Shown here piece after piece: positions 1-10,145 of a stretch of DNA of 64,000 nt. Origin of the DNA: Dysgonamonadaceae bacterium (GTDB lineage: Bacteria > Bacteroidota > Bacteroidia > Bacteroidales > Azobacteroidaceae); contig JAIRYM010000019.1 of the NCBI GenBank assembly GCA_031267615.1, forward strand, positions 5,430 to 69,429. Direction: 5' to 3'. Below the pieces are notes generated by a model. The model did not search any database. It was given only the letters and a program-made list of their open reading frames with translations, and was not told the origin of the DNA. The stretch's first letter is position 1; every line of letters starts with the position of its first letter. The position numbers and the translations under genes are program-made.

Positions 1-1
1 A

Positions 2-163
2 TCGCGAAACATAGGCGAACTGAAGATGAATGTTGCAGCATGTTCAATGGAAATCTCAGACGAAACAGAACAGATGATCGACGAAATCTCAAAACCGGTT
101 CTCGACATCCTCGGAAATAATCCCGACTACTACGAACACTCGTCCAAAAGCCGAATCTTTTAA
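2..163 (+). CDS. 3' end of a probable aldo/keto reductase (partial, runs off the window)
   Basis: Hand translation SRNIGELKMNVAACSMEISDETEQMIDEISKPVLDILGNNPDYYEHSSKSRIF* resembles AKR C-termini; TAA at 161-163 just before recG. Confidence 0.5.
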   Translation, partial: SRNIGELKMNVAACSMEISDETEQMIDEISKPVLDILGNNPDYYEHSSKSRIF

Positions 164-169
164 ACAGAA

Positions 170-2296
170 GTGCAGGACTTAAGCCTTCAAAATATAATGT
201 ATCTCCCGGGGATCGGTCCCCGGAAAGCAGACGTCCTGAAGCGCGAAGCCGGAATCTCGTCTTTCGAAGACATGCTCCACTATTTCCCGTTCAAATACAT
301 CGACAGGCGGAAAATAAACAAAATATCAGACATCCGCAGCTTCACAGAGCAGGCACGAACAGACGCCGGAATGCCATACATTCAGTTAAAAGGCAAAATT
401 GTGAACTTCAAAACAGTCGGCGAAGGATACAAACGACGCATGACAGCTACCTTCGCCGACGACACGGGGACAGTAGACCTCGTCTGGTTCAAGAACATAA
501 AAGCAGTCTCAAACGCATATAAAGTAGAAACCGAATACATCCTCTTCGGAAAGCCGGCGCTGTTCAACGGGCGAATAAATATCGCACATCCCGAACTGGA
601 AACCGAAAACAGATTCTTCGGAGGTGAAGCAGGAATACAGGGACAGTATACTACGACGGAAGCAATGAAAAACGCCTTCCTCCACTCGCGGGCGATACAA
701 AAAATCATCATCTCCATTCTCGAACAGATGAAAGAACCGGTCGCCGAAACCCTGACCACAGAAGTCATCAGGTCGGCACACACCATTTCTCTCGACGAAG
801 CAATACGCAACATCCACTTCCCGACCTCCGCAACAGCGCTCGACAGAGCTGAATACAGACTCAAGTTCGAAGAACTCTTTTTTCTTCAGCTCAACATACT
901 GCAAGTAACAAAATTCAGCGAAAAACGTATAGGAGGATTCCGCTTCACGACCGTTGGACACTGTTTTAACACCTTCTACCGGAAAAACCTGCCCTTTGAA
1001 CTCACAGACGCACAAAAACGAGTCGTCCGAGAAATACGCGCAGACATGAACAGCGGACGGCAAATGAACCGGCTGCTGCAAGGCGACGTCGGAAGCGGGA
1101 AAACACTCGTCGCACTGCTCTCCGCGCTCATCGCCGTCGACAGCGGATACCAGACCGCGATCATGGCGCCAACAGAAATCCTGTCACAGCAGCATTACAG
1201 CACCGTAACACAACTCCTCAAAGGAATTGGAGTCAATGTCTGCCTGCTCACCGGCTCCACAAAAAAGAAAGAACGCGAAACTCTGCTCACCGCGCTCGCA
1301 GCAGGAGAAATTCACATCCTGATCGGAACTCACGCACTGATAGAATCCAATGTTGTATTCTCGCGGCTCGGTCTCGTGATAATCGACGAACAGCACCGGT
1401 TTGGAGTAGAACAGAGATCAAGGCTGAGAGATAAAAATGAGACCCCGCCGCACGTCCTCGTGATGACCGCAACGCCAATCCCGAGAACTCTTGCCATGAC
1501 ATTCTACGGAGACCTTGACGTATCAATCATCGACCAGCTCCCCCCGGGACGAAAACCGGTAAAAACAATCCACATCAGCAGCAGCAACCGCGAAAACCTC
1601 TGCCGGTCAGTACGCCGGCAGTTGCAACAGGGGCGGCAGATATACATCGTATACCCGATGATAGAAGAAAGCAGTAAAATGGACCTCAAAAACCTGACCG
1701 ACGGATTTGAAACAACAAAAAAAACATACCCCGAATACCGCGTCTCAATGATTCACGGGAAAATGAAGCCCGCAGAAAAAAACGGGGAAATGCAGCGCTT
1801 TGTTTCCGGCGAAACGCAGATCTTGGTCGCAACGACAGTAATAGAAGTAGGCGTCAACGTACCCAACGCCACAGTGATGATGATAGAAAACGCCGAACGG
1901 TTCGGACTTTCCCAGCTCCACCAGCTGCGCGGAAGGACAGGACGGGGCGCCAGCCAGTCGTTCTGCATACTCCTCACGGACGGCGAACCGTCGGAAAACG
2001 CCCGCAGACGGATCGAGATAATGACAGAAACGAATGACGGTTTCCTCATCGCAGAAGAAGACCTGAAGATGAACGGACCGGGCGACATAGACGGAACTCA
2101 GCAGCGAGGAATACCATTCAACCTCAAAATCGCCAAACTTTCCCACGACGGACAAATCCTCAACATCGCGCGCGACATAGCAACCGGCATCCTCGAACAC
2201 GACCCCACGCTCACAAAAGAAGAAAACGCACCGCTCAACTCCCACCTCCAAAAAATGAAAAAGCAGAAGAAAGCCGGCTGGTTCATGATAAGCTAA
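170..2296 (+). CDS. recG: ATP-dependent DNA helicase RecG
   Basis: LQGDVGSGKT, DEQHRFG, MTATPIPRTL, HGKMK and LSQLHQLRGR motifs; N-terminal wedge domain; 708 aa. Confidence 0.97.
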   Translation: MQDLSLQNIMYLPGIGPRKADVLKREAGISSFEDMLHYFPFKYIDRRKINKISDIRSFTEQARTDAGMPYIQLKGKIVNFKTVGEGYKRRMTATFADDTGTVDLVWFKNIKAVSNAYKVETEYILFGKPALFNGRINIAHPELETENRFFGGEAGIQGQYTTTEAMKNAFLHSRAIQKIIISILEQMKEPVAETLTTEVIRSAHTISLDEAIRNIHFPTSATALDRAEYRLKFEELFFLQLNILQVTKFSEKRIGGFRFTTVGHCFNTFYRKNLPFELTDAQKRVVREIRADMNSGRQMNRLLQGDVGSGKTLVALLSALIAVDSGYQTAIMAPTEILSQQHYSTVTQLLKGIGVNVCLLTGSTKKKERETLLTALAAGEIHILIGTHALIESNVVFSRLGLVIIDEQHRFGVEQRSRLRDKNETPPHVLVMTATPIPRTLAMTFYGDLDVSIIDQLPPGRKPVKTIHISSSNRENLCRSVRRQLQQGRQIYIVYPMIEESSKMDLKNLTDGFETTKKTYPEYRVSMIHGKMKPAEKNGEMQRFVSGETQILVATTVIEVGVNVPNATVMMIENAERFGLSQLHQLRGRTGRGASQSFCILLTDGEPSENARRRIEIMTETNDGFLIAEEDLKMNGPGDIDGTQQRGIPFNLKIAKLSHDGQILNIARDIATGILEHDPTLTKEENAPLNSHLQKMKKQKKAGWFMIS

Positions 2297-2379
2297 CAGT
2301 CAGTTTTCTTATATCTCATATTTTATACTACCTTTACTCCGTAAAAACAATCCATAATAAATAAAATAATAATAATAAA

Positions 2380-3483
2380 ATGAAAAATTTTAAAGTAAAA
2401 AACACAGGCATGCGAATAATCGCAAACAAAATCTGTATGCTGCTGACAGCAGTAACCATCTGTTTACAGATAACTATCCCCGTTGCAGCGCAGCAGTGGA
2501 CGGAAGACAAAATCAACACCTGGTATGCAAGACAGAACACTGTTATCGGATGCAATTTCCTGCCCTCGACAGCAGTCAATGACATCGAAATGTGGCAAAA
2601 CGAAACGTTTGACCTTCCGACCATCGATCGCGAACTTGGACTCGCCGAGGAATGGGGAATCAATTCCGTTCGCGTATTTCTGAACTATACAGTCTGGAAA
2701 GCAGAAGCCGAAAAATTCAAATCAAATTTTAAACAATTTCTCGACGTCGCCGACCGGCATGGCATAAACGTGATGCCAATCCTGTTTGATGACTGTAATT
2801 TTTCAGGAAATATAGCCAAAACAGGCAAACAAAATGATCCTGTACCCGGGATTCACAACAGCGGATGGGTCTCCAGCCCTCCGGCAGCAATGATTCGCGA
2901 CGAATCACAGTGGCACAGGCTGAAAGAATACGAGCAGGACATGCTCCGAACTTTTGCAGCCGACCGGCGAATAATAATCTGGGACCTGTACAACGAGCCT
3001 GGCAACAGCGGCAGCAAAATTAAACCCCAGCTGCTGGCAAACATTTTCGCCTGGGCGAGAGCAGTTAATCCCGATCAGCCTCTTACCGCAGGAGCGTATG
3101 ACAACTTTGAGGATGAACTTAGTCTGCTGATGCGCGACAGTTCCGACATTGTCTCCTTCCACTCTTACAGCGACGCATCGGAGACGGCAAACCGGATTCT
3201 GTGGGCGCATGCAACCGGCAGACCTGCTGTCTGTACAGAATGGCTTCACCGTCAGTCCGGCAATACTCTGGAAAACATACTTCCAATCTTTCGGGAGACC
3301 GATATTGGCTGTTACAGCTGGGGGCTTGTCGCCGGACGTACGCAAACCTACTTTTACTGGGGCAGCAAGAAAGGTTCGCCTGCGCCGGAAATCTGGCAGC
3401 ACGACTTGATTCGCGCCGACGGTACGCCGTATTCCGAATCAGAGCGTCTGCTGTTCATCCAGTACTCGGGGGGATCAAAATAA
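2380..3483 (+). CDS. secreted clan GH-A glycoside hydrolase (GH5-like)
   Basis: Signal peptide; WDLYNEP acid/base and CTEW nucleophile motifs; SFHSY; WGLVAGRTQT. Confidence 0.8.
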   Translation: MKNFKVKNTGMRIIANKICMLLTAVTICLQITIPVAAQQWTEDKINTWYARQNTVIGCNFLPSTAVNDIEMWQNETFDLPTIDRELGLAEEWGINSVRVFLNYTVWKAEAEKFKSNFKQFLDVADRHGINVMPILFDDCNFSGNIAKTGKQNDPVPGIHNSGWVSSPPAAMIRDESQWHRLKEYEQDMLRTFAADRRIIIWDLYNEPGNSGSKIKPQLLANIFAWARAVNPDQPLTAGAYDNFEDELSLLMRDSSDIVSFHSYSDASETANRILWAHATGRPAVCTEWLHRQSGNTLENILPIFRETDIGCYSWGLVAGRTQTYFYWGSKKGSPAPEIWQHDLIRADGTPYSESERLLFIQYSGGSK

Positions 3484-3510
3484 ACCGTCTTCTAACATAT
3501 CATCCTTTAT

Positions 3511-3566
3511 AATTCCCCTCCTCCGGAGGGGTGCCCGAAGGGCGGGGAGATAAATTCCCCGCCCTT
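3511..3566. terminator. GC-rich double hairpin between convergent genes (probable bidirectional terminator, REP-like origin)
   Basis: CCCCTCC-TCC-GGAGGGG hairpin, then AAGGGCGGGGA (3538-3548) pairing with TCCCCGCCCTT (3556-3566). Confidence 0.55.
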
Positions 3567-3582
3567 ATCGTAATCCAGTCAG

Positions 3583-4548
3583 TTAATTAATATTAAATGT
3601 TGCATTTATCTCACCGGTATACTTCCCGATACCGGTAATAATAATATGCGCTGTACCGCAATTTATATTGTTCTTGTATGTGACTGAAAAATCTTCGCTG
3701 AAAATCAGTTCGACGATCTTCACAGATTCATCTCTCTCTTTCACAGCAAGAGTAAGTTCCGGAATTATAAATATCGGTTTACCGGTATACTGCTGAACGG
3801 CAATATCTGCAATATTCGCAGGGTTGATGTCTATCTTTGCGTGCAGCCTGCCATAATGTTCATGTACAATAATATTGTAATGGTCTGTCGCAGCATTAAA
3901 CTCACGTATAAATTCTGTGAAATCACAGGGACATTCAGTATTAATTTTAGCTGTAATCTTTTCTATAATAGCGCGCAAAGCAAGATCAGTTATCTTTCTT
4001 GCTTTCTTCATCGTTATATCAGGTTTCTTGACGTTTTCTTTCAGCGTATCCCTTGCGTATGTCTTGAACAGAGCGTTCAGATCTGATAGTTCCTGAATCC
4101 AGCCCGAAATCTCCAAAGCCTCAACTGCATCAGCATATTTGCTTCCTTCGAGACGGTTGACTAAACTGTCTATTGCCGATGTTTCCGCATCATACCCGTT
4201 GCGTGTAATATTGCCATAGTTATTGATCAGATCAAGAACATGCGTTGCATAGTTTCTGACGACGGGATTAAAGTTTTTCAGATTGGCGCGAACTATTCCG
4301 CACATTCCCCTGTATATGGAATCCCGTTTTTTGTCTGTTTTTTCCTTCTGCTCTGTAAATTCTCCTTTTCTAATCCAATGGTAGACATTAACTTCCTGTT
4401 CTATCGCATAGTGGTATGCTTCTAAAAGTATCTGCTCATCTATTTCCGATTCGTATCTGATACATGTACCGTATGATTCTTCATTATACTCTACATGATC
4501 GGCGTTTTTGTAACGTCCCAGTTCCGGTTTTCTGATTTTGATTTTCAT
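3583..4548 (-). CDS. DUF6261-like (HagB-like) helical protein with a C-terminal Ig-like domain
   Basis: D..RD..Y.G, YDAETSAIDSL, WI.EL...N.LF pattern; C-terminus YTGKPI..P.LT...DFSVTYKNN.N.GTA.I.ITG.G.YTG. Confidence 0.7.
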   Translation of the reverse strand: MKIKIRKPELGRYKNADHVEYNEESYGTCIRYESEIDEQILLEAYHYAIEQEVNVYHWIRKGEFTEQKEKTDKKRDSIYRGMCGIVRANLKNFNPVVRNYATHVLDLINNYGNITRNGYDAETSAIDSLVNRLEGSKYADAVEALEISGWIQELSDLNALFKTYARDTLKENVKKPDITMKKARKITDLALRAIIEKITAKINTECPCDFTEFIREFNAATDHYNIIVHEHYGRLHAKIDINPANIADIAVQQYTGKPIFIIPELTLAVKERDESVKIVELIFSEDFSVTYKNNINCGTAHIIITGIGKYTGEINATFNIN

Positions 4549-4727
4549 ATTTCCAAAAATTTTTAATTATTTAATTATGTTACTCTCTCTTTTTATTTTT
4601 TGTATTAATGTTTCTTTCTGTAAAACGATGCAAAAGTAATAATATTTTTTTATAAATACAAATAAAACACACAATATTCTGTTTTTTTTTAATATTTCTT
4701 TATGTTGTATATATATTATATGTGTTG

Positions 4728-4941
4728 GAATCATTGATTCTAATAGCAATGCAAAGTGCAACGGGATTAGAATCATTGATTCTAATAGCAATGCAAAGTG
4801 CAACGGGATTAGAATCATTGATTCTAACAGCAATGCAAAGTGCAACGGGATTAGAATCATTGATTCTAATAGTAATGCAAAGTGCAACGGGATTAGAATC
4901 ATTGATTCTAACAGTAATGCAGATTGCAATGGGATTAGAAT
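4728..4941. repeat. tandem array, 5 x 42 bp
   Basis: Unit GAATCATTGATTCTAATAGCAATGCAAAGTGCAACGGGATTA starts at 4728, 4770, 4812, 4854 and 4896; no spacers. Confidence 0.95.
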
Positions 4942-4942
4942 T

Positions 4943-5012
4943 GTAGAGACGCACTATAGTGCGTCTGTATGGAGATGTAGAATTGTAGAGACGCGATTAA
5001 TCGCGTCTCTAC
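4943..5012. repeat. two GTAG-type REP-like palindromes
   Basis: GTAGAGACGCACTATAGTGCGTCTGTAT (4943-4970) and the perfect palindrome GTAGAGACGCGATTAATCGCGTCTCTAC (4985-5012). Confidence 0.8.
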
Positions 5013-7828
5013 GGCTGGCTGAGATATTGCGCGGTATACCCTCGACCGGAACTGATGAGCTGTGCGGGAGTGCCGCTGAACAGGATTTCTCCTCCCGAGC
5101 GACCGCCTTCAGGTCCGAGATCAATAACGTGGTCTGACGAGAGGATGACGTCGGTGTTGTGCTCAATGATGATGATTGTGTTGCCCTGGTCGGCGAGGCG
5201 GTGGAGGATTGTGAGCAGGAGATGTATGTCGTCGAAATGCAGTCCGGTAGTAGGTTCGTCGAGGATGTAAAGTGTGTTGCCCGTGTCGCGGCGCGAGAGT
5301 TCTGATGACAGTTTGATGCGCTGGCTTTCGCCGCCCGAGAGGGTTGTGGACGACTGTCCGAGACGCAAATAGCCGAGACCGGTGTCCTGAATGGTCTTGA
5401 TTTTGATGTATATGGAGGGAATGTCTGTGAAGAATTCTACGGCGCTGTCGACGGTCATTTCCAGGATGTCTGAGATTGATTTGCCGCGATAGCGGATTTC
5501 GAGTGTTTCGCGATTGTACCGCTTGCCGTGGCAGTTGTCGCAGGGGACGGTTACGTCCGGCAGAAAGTTCATTTCGATGGTTCGCTGTCCGGTTCCGAGA
5601 CAGGCGTCGCATCGTCCTCCGTTGATGTTGAACGAGAATCGTCCGGGTTTGTATCCCCGTATTTTAGACTCCGGCAGTTCGGCGAACAGGTCGCGTATGT
5701 CGGTCATTATGCCTGTGTATGTTGCTGGATTGGAGCGTGGTGTGCGTCCGATGGGCGACTGGTCTACGGTTACGATTTTGTCGATGTTTTCGATGCCTTC
5801 TATTGTGTCGTAGGGAAGTGGTTCCTGGTGGCTGCGGTATAGCTTGTGGCTGATTATTGGTTGCAGTGTTCCGTTGATGAGACTTGATTTGCCGCTGCCC
5901 GAGACTCCGGTGATGCAGATGAGCTTTCCGAGTGGAATGGTGAGGGTTACGTTTTTGAGGTTGTTTCCTCTTGCTCCCCGCAGGGTGATTGTTTTTCTGT
6001 TGCCGGGTCGGGGTGTTGACGGGGGTGAGATTCGCTTTACGCCGGTCAGATAGTGTGATGTAAGTGTGTCTGCTTTGAGGAGTTCTTCGGGTGTGCCGGA
6101 GAAGAGTACTTCTCCTCCTGCGAGACCGGCTCTCGGTCCGAGGTCGATGATACAGTCTGCGGCGAGCATCATGTCCCGGTCGTGTTCGACTACGATGACT
6201 GTGTTTCCGAGGTCTCGAAGGCTTCTCAGGGAGGCTGTCAGCCGGCTGTTGTCGCGCTGATGGAGTCCGATACTTGGTTCGTCGAGGATGTAGAGAACGT
6301 TGACGAGCTGTGATCCTATTTGTGTTGCGAGTCTGATGCGCTGACTTTCTCCTCCGGACAGCGTGGTGGAGGAGCGGCTGAGGGAGAGGTAACTTAGCCC
6401 GACGTTGATTAGGAATCCGAGGCGGGTCTGTATTTCTTTCAGTATTTCGGATGCTATTGCGCGCTGACGGCTGTTGAGGTGCTGGTCGAGTTCGCTGACC
6501 CAGGTGTTGAGCGCTGTGATGTCGAGTTCCGAAATGTCGGCGATGGATTTTCCGGCAATGAAGTAGTTGAGGGCTTCTTTGTTGAGGCGTTTGCCTTCAC
6601 ATTCGGGACAGGTTGCGGTACGAATGAACTGTTCCGCCCATTTTCTGGCTGCAGCTGATGTGTCCTGTTCCTGCTGCATGGCGATGTATTTTGCGACTCC
6701 TTCGAACGAAAGGTAGTAGTTTGATGCTCCAAGTGATTCGTTTTTGATTTGAAGGCGTTCTTCGGTTCCGTTCATTATGTCGTTTATTGCTTCTTCGGGT
6801 ACGTCGGAGAGTGGTGTTTTTGATGTTACTCCGTATTTTTCCAGTATTGCTTCTATCTGCCAGAAAATTAGTGTGTTTTTGTACCTTCCGAGTGGCGCTA
6901 TTCCTCCTTCTCGAATGTTTAGTTTGGGATCGGGAATGATTTTGTTTATGTCTGTCTGGTTTACATGCCCGAGTCCTCTGCATCTCGGACATGCTCCGCG
7001 CGGGGAGTTGAACGAGAAACTGTGCGGCGCCGGTTCGCTGTATGCTGTTCCTGAGACCGGACACATCAGGCGGCTGCTGAAGTGTCTTAGTTCTCCGTCT
7101 GCGTTCATCACTGTCATCAGTCCGTCTCCCTGCCTCATTGCGATTCGGACTGATGATTTGAGTCGTTTTTCATCTTTTTGATATACGGTCAGTTTGTCGA
7201 TGATTATTTCTATGGTATGGTTTTTGTATCTGTCGAGTTTCATTGCGGGAACTATTTCGCGCATTTCTCCGTCGACCCGTATATTGAGGAATCCTTTTTT
7301 GCGGAACTGTTCGAACAGTTCTTTGTAATGTCCCTTTCGGTTTCGGACAACCGGTGACAGGATATGGACTTTTTGTTCGTTGAAGTTTTTTATCAGCAGG
7401 TCTATTATCTGTTCTTCCGTGTATTTTATCATCCGTTCTCCGGTCTCGTATGAAAATGCTTCTCCGGCTCTGGCATAGAGGAGGCGGAAGAAGTCGTAAA
7501 TTTCTGTTGCGGTGCCTACTGTTGACCGTGGACTGCGGTTTGTTGTTTTTTGTTCGATCGATATTACCGGACTTAGTCCTGTTATCTTGTCTACGTCCGG
7601 CCGTTCGAGGTTTCCGAGGAAGTTGCGTGCGTATGCAGAAAATGTTTCGATATATCTCCTCTGTCCTTCTGCAAATATTGTATCAAAGGCGAGCGATGAT
7701 TTTCCGCTGCCGCTTAATCCGGTAATAACAGTCAGGCTGTTTCGCGGGATACGGACGTCAATATTCTTCAGGTTATGCGTGCGGGCGCCTTGAATGTCTA
7801 TAAATTCCGGTTCTATGTTTTGTGTCAT
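5009..7828 (-). CDS. uvrA: excinuclease ABC subunit A
   Basis: Two ABC modules ([27 protein letters not shown] twice); Zn fingers CPRCRG, CPECEG, CDACLG. Confidence 0.98.
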   Translation of the reverse strand: MTQNIEPEFIDIQGARTHNLKNIDVRIPRNSLTVITGLSGSGKSSLAFDTIFAEGQRRYIETFSAYARNFLGNLERPDVDKITGLSPVISIEQKTTNRSPRSTVGTATEIYDFFRLLYARAGEAFSYETGERMIKYTEEQIIDLLIKNFNEQKVHILSPVVRNRKGHYKELFEQFRKKGFLNIRVDGEMREIVPAMKLDRYKNHTIEIIIDKLTVYQKDEKRLKSSVRIAMRQGDGLMTVMNADGELRHFSSRLMCPVSGTAYSEPAPHSFSFNSPRGACPRCRGLGHVNQTDINKIIPDPKLNIREGGIAPLGRYKNTLIFWQIEAILEKYGVTSKTPLSDVPEEAINDIMNGTEERLQIKNESLGASNYYLSFEGVAKYIAMQQEQDTSAAARKWAEQFIRTATCPECEGKRLNKEALNYFIAGKSIADISELDITALNTWVSELDQHLNSRQRAIASEILKEIQTRLGFLINVGLSYLSLSRSSTTLSGGESQRIRLATQIGSQLVNVLYILDEPSIGLHQRDNSRLTASLRSLRDLGNTVIVVEHDRDMMLAADCIIDLGPRAGLAGGEVLFSGTPEELLKADTLTSHYLTGVKRISPPSTPRPGNRKTITLRGARGNNLKNVTLTIPLGKLICITGVSGSGKSSLINGTLQPIISHKLYRSHQEPLPYDTIEGIENIDKIVTVDQSPIGRTPRSNPATYTGIMTDIRDLFAELPESKIRGYKPGRFSFNINGGRCDACLGTGQRTIEMNFLPDVTVPCDNCHGKRYNRETLEIRYRGKSISDILEMTVDSAVEFFTDIPSIYIKIKTIQDTGLGYLRLGQSSTTLSGGESQRIKLSSELSRRDTGNTLYILDEPTTGLHFDDIHLLLTILHRLADQGNTIIIIEHNTDVILSSDHVIDLGPEGGRSGGEILFSGTPAQLISSGRGYTAQYLSQP

Positions 7829-7851
7829 TGAAATTTCGGTGATTTAAGCCG

Positions 7852-7897
7852 CAAAGGTACTAAATTTTGATCAACAGTAAAAAGTTTTTTACCTTTG
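7852..7897. promoter_or_regulatory. divergent Bacteroidetes sigma-A -7 boxes
   Basis: TACCTTTG on the minus strand at 7852-7859 (uvrA) and on the plus strand at 7890-7897. Confidence 0.6.
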
Positions 7898-7997
7898 CGC
7901 AGAATATTAAACGTATAAAATCTATAATTTAAACATTCCCCGGTGCATGCTGTCAAAGATGCAAAAGGAAAATGTTTCACCTGTTAAAATTTTAATT

Positions 7998-8981
7998 ATG
8001 AAAACAAGATTAGCTTTCTTATCATCAGCCTTACTGATATTATTGACTTCCTGCATGACGGTCAGCGAAACCGAATATGCATACGCACAGGTTCGCTTTA
8101 CAGTTTACTCATCTATTCCGCTTGCTCCTGAGGTTGTGCTTACAGTTGAAGCGCCAGTTTATGCCGCTCCCGGTCCAAACTATGCGTGGATTGACGGTTA
8201 CTGGACCTGGGACTATCGTTATCGTGAATACATTTGGGTACAGGGACACTGGGATTTAGTTCCTTATTCGGGAGCATACTGGATTCCCGGTTACTGGGAT
8301 TATACTCGTGGCGGTTATCGCTGGATTGACGCCTGCTGGCTGCCTGACGGACATAATGTCTCCTACGGTTATTATGCAGGCAGGTATGATTATTACGGAC
8401 GTCCGGTCTATTATCACCGTCCTGGGGTTGACGTACGCTCCGGTTTCGCATATACTTATGATCACCGCACAAGTTCACGAGGCAAAGGTTACAGCAGTTC
8501 ACGATACTTTAACGATGAGCCGCGAGATGTACGCAATCGCGAAACTAAAGAGTTTTATCGCACTTCCGAATCAGCACGTCAAGTTGCTGCAACCCGCCGT
8601 TCTTCGCAAGATGAAATACGGATTCGGGAAGACAATACAGGACGTTCTTCTTCTACTTCACGTGAAAGCGCCGGCAGAACAAATGTTGCGCCTTCCCGTA
8701 CAGGCAGTGACAGAAGCAGCAGCGGCAGCACGCCTTCACGTACCACAACAGGCAGCGACAGAAGCAGCAGCAGCACGCCTTCACGTACTACAACAGGCAG
8801 CGACAGAAGCAGCAGTGGCAGCACGCCTTCACGCACCACAGGAAGCGATAGAAGCAGCAACAGCAGCAGTTCTTCGGGCAGTGCAGGCAGTTCCTCCCGC
8901 AGCAGCAGTTCTGATTCCGGTTCAAGTTCACGTTCTTCATCAGACGGATCATCCCGTTCATCATCTGGTGGCAGAAGGTAA
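7998..8981 (+). CDS. YXWGXW/WXXGXW-repeat lipoprotein with a Ser/Gly/Arg/Thr-rich disordered tail
   Basis: Lipobox LLTSC; WIDGYW, WVQGHW, WIPGYW repeats; repeated SDRSSSGSTPSRTT tail; start moved to MKTRLAF at 7998. Confidence 0.75.
   Translation: MKTRLAFLSSALLILLTSCMTVSETEYAYAQVRFTVYSSIPLAPEVVLTVEAPVYAAPGPNYAWIDGYWTWDYRYREYIWVQGHWDLVPYSGAYWIPGYWDYTRGGYRWIDACWLPDGHNVSYGYYAGRYDYYGRPVYYHRPGVDVRSGFAYTYDHRTSSRGKGYSSSRYFNDEPRDVRNRETKEFYRTSESARQVAATRRSSQDEIRIREDNTGRSSSTSRESAGRTNVAPSRTGSDRSSSGSTPSRTTTGSDRSSSSTPSRTTTGSDRSSSGSTPSRTTGSDRSSNSSSSSGSAGSSSRSSSSDSGSSSRSSSDGSSRSSSGGRR
8690..8870 (+). repeat. coding tandem repeat (~42-48 bp, ~4 copies)
   Basis: Repeated ACAGGCAGCGACAGAAGCAGCAGC...CACGCCTTCACG units encoding TGSDRSSS(G)STPSRT. 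Confidence 0.8.
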
Positions 8982-10135
8982 TGAATAATAAAAAACAGAT
9001 CGCCATTCTTGGCTCAACAGGCTCGATTGGTACGCAGACGCTTGACGTTATTCGCAGTCATTCCGACAAATTTGAAGTTTATGCCATTACCGCAAACAAC
9101 AATATAGAACTTCTCATAAATCAGGCTCGTGAGTTTCAGCCTGAAATGGTTGTTATAGCAAATGAAGCAAAATATAATGAATTAAAATCTGCGCTTGCTG
9201 ATTTACCGATAAAGGTATGGGCAGGCGCAGATGCTATTTCGGAGGTTGTTCAGGCAGAGCCAATAGACATTGTTCTAACAGCAATGGTTGGTTATTCGGG
9301 GCTTAAACCTTCCATCAGCGCTATCTGCGCAGGTAAAACAATTGCTCTTGCGAACAAGGAATCATTAGTCGTCGCAGGCGAGCTGATTACTGCGCTTGCC
9401 TTGAAGTACAGGACTCCCATTTTGCCTGTTGATTCGGAACATTCGGCGATTTTTCAGTGTCTTGCAGGAGAAGCGAACAATCCAATAGAGAAAATTCTGC
9501 TGACTGCGTCAGGCGGACCTTTCCGCACGTTTTCGGCAGAACAGCTGGCAACCGTTACCAAACGTGAAGCGTTGAAACACCCAAACTGGACGATGGGCGC
9601 AAAAATCACAATTGATTCGGCAACGTTGATGAACAAAGGCTTTGAGATGATTGAAGCAAAGTGGCTGTTTGATGTTACGACAGAGCAGATTCAGATTGTG
9701 GTGCATCCGCAGTCGATAATTCATTCTATGGTACAGTTCCGCGATTCATCAATTAAGGCGCAGATGGGATTGCCTGATATGCGCCTGCCGATACAGTATG
9801 CACTTGCTTATCCAAACCGTATTGACGCTGACTTTGAGCGTTTGGATTTTACTAAATATTCAAACTTAACATTTGAAGAACCGGATACCAAACGGTTTCG
9901 CAATTTGGCACTCGCTTACGATGCTGTCTTTCAAGGTGGAAATATGCCCTGTATTGTCAATGCCGCAAATGAAGTTGCAGTTGCAGCCTTTCTCGAAGAC
10001 AAAATCAATTTTCCAGCGATGAGCAATGTAATTGAAAAAACAATGCAGGCAACAACTTTCATCGCTTCTCCTTCACTTGACGATTACGTTCAGACAGACA
10101 AAGAAGCGAGGGCAAGAGCATCGGAACTGTTTTAA
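8981..10135 (+). CDS. dxr: 1-deoxy-D-xylulose-5-phosphate reductoisomerase
   Basis: LGSTGSIG, LANKE, PVDSEHSA, TASGGPF, HPNWTMGAKITIDSAT. Confidence 0.98.
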   Translation: MNNKKQIAILGSTGSIGTQTLDVIRSHSDKFEVYAITANNNIELLINQAREFQPEMVVIANEAKYNELKSALADLPIKVWAGADAISEVVQAEPIDIVLTAMVGYSGLKPSISAICAGKTIALANKESLVVAGELITALALKYRTPILPVDSEHSAIFQCLAGEANNPIEKILLTASGGPFRTFSAEQLATVTKREALKHPNWTMGAKITIDSATLMNKGFEMIEAKWLFDVTTEQIQIVVHPQSIIHSMVQFRDSSIKAQMGLPDMRLPIQYALAYPNRIDADFERLDFTKYSNLTFEEPDTKRFRNLALAYDAVFQGGNMPCIVNAANEVAVAAFLEDKINFPAMSNVIEKTMQATTFIASPSLDDYVQTDKEARARASELF

Positions 10136-10145
10136 AAGGTAGAAA

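Noticed and set aside
382-2286. Long antisense ORFs over recG, and likewise over uvrA and the RND genes
   Set aside because: Shadow ORFs caused by biased codon usage; no motifs
4728-4941. CRISPR array, or the 120/84/74-aa repetitive ORFs over the repeat
   Set aside because: Units are contiguous with no unique spacers and no cas genes are present; the ORFs arise because 42 is a multiple of 3
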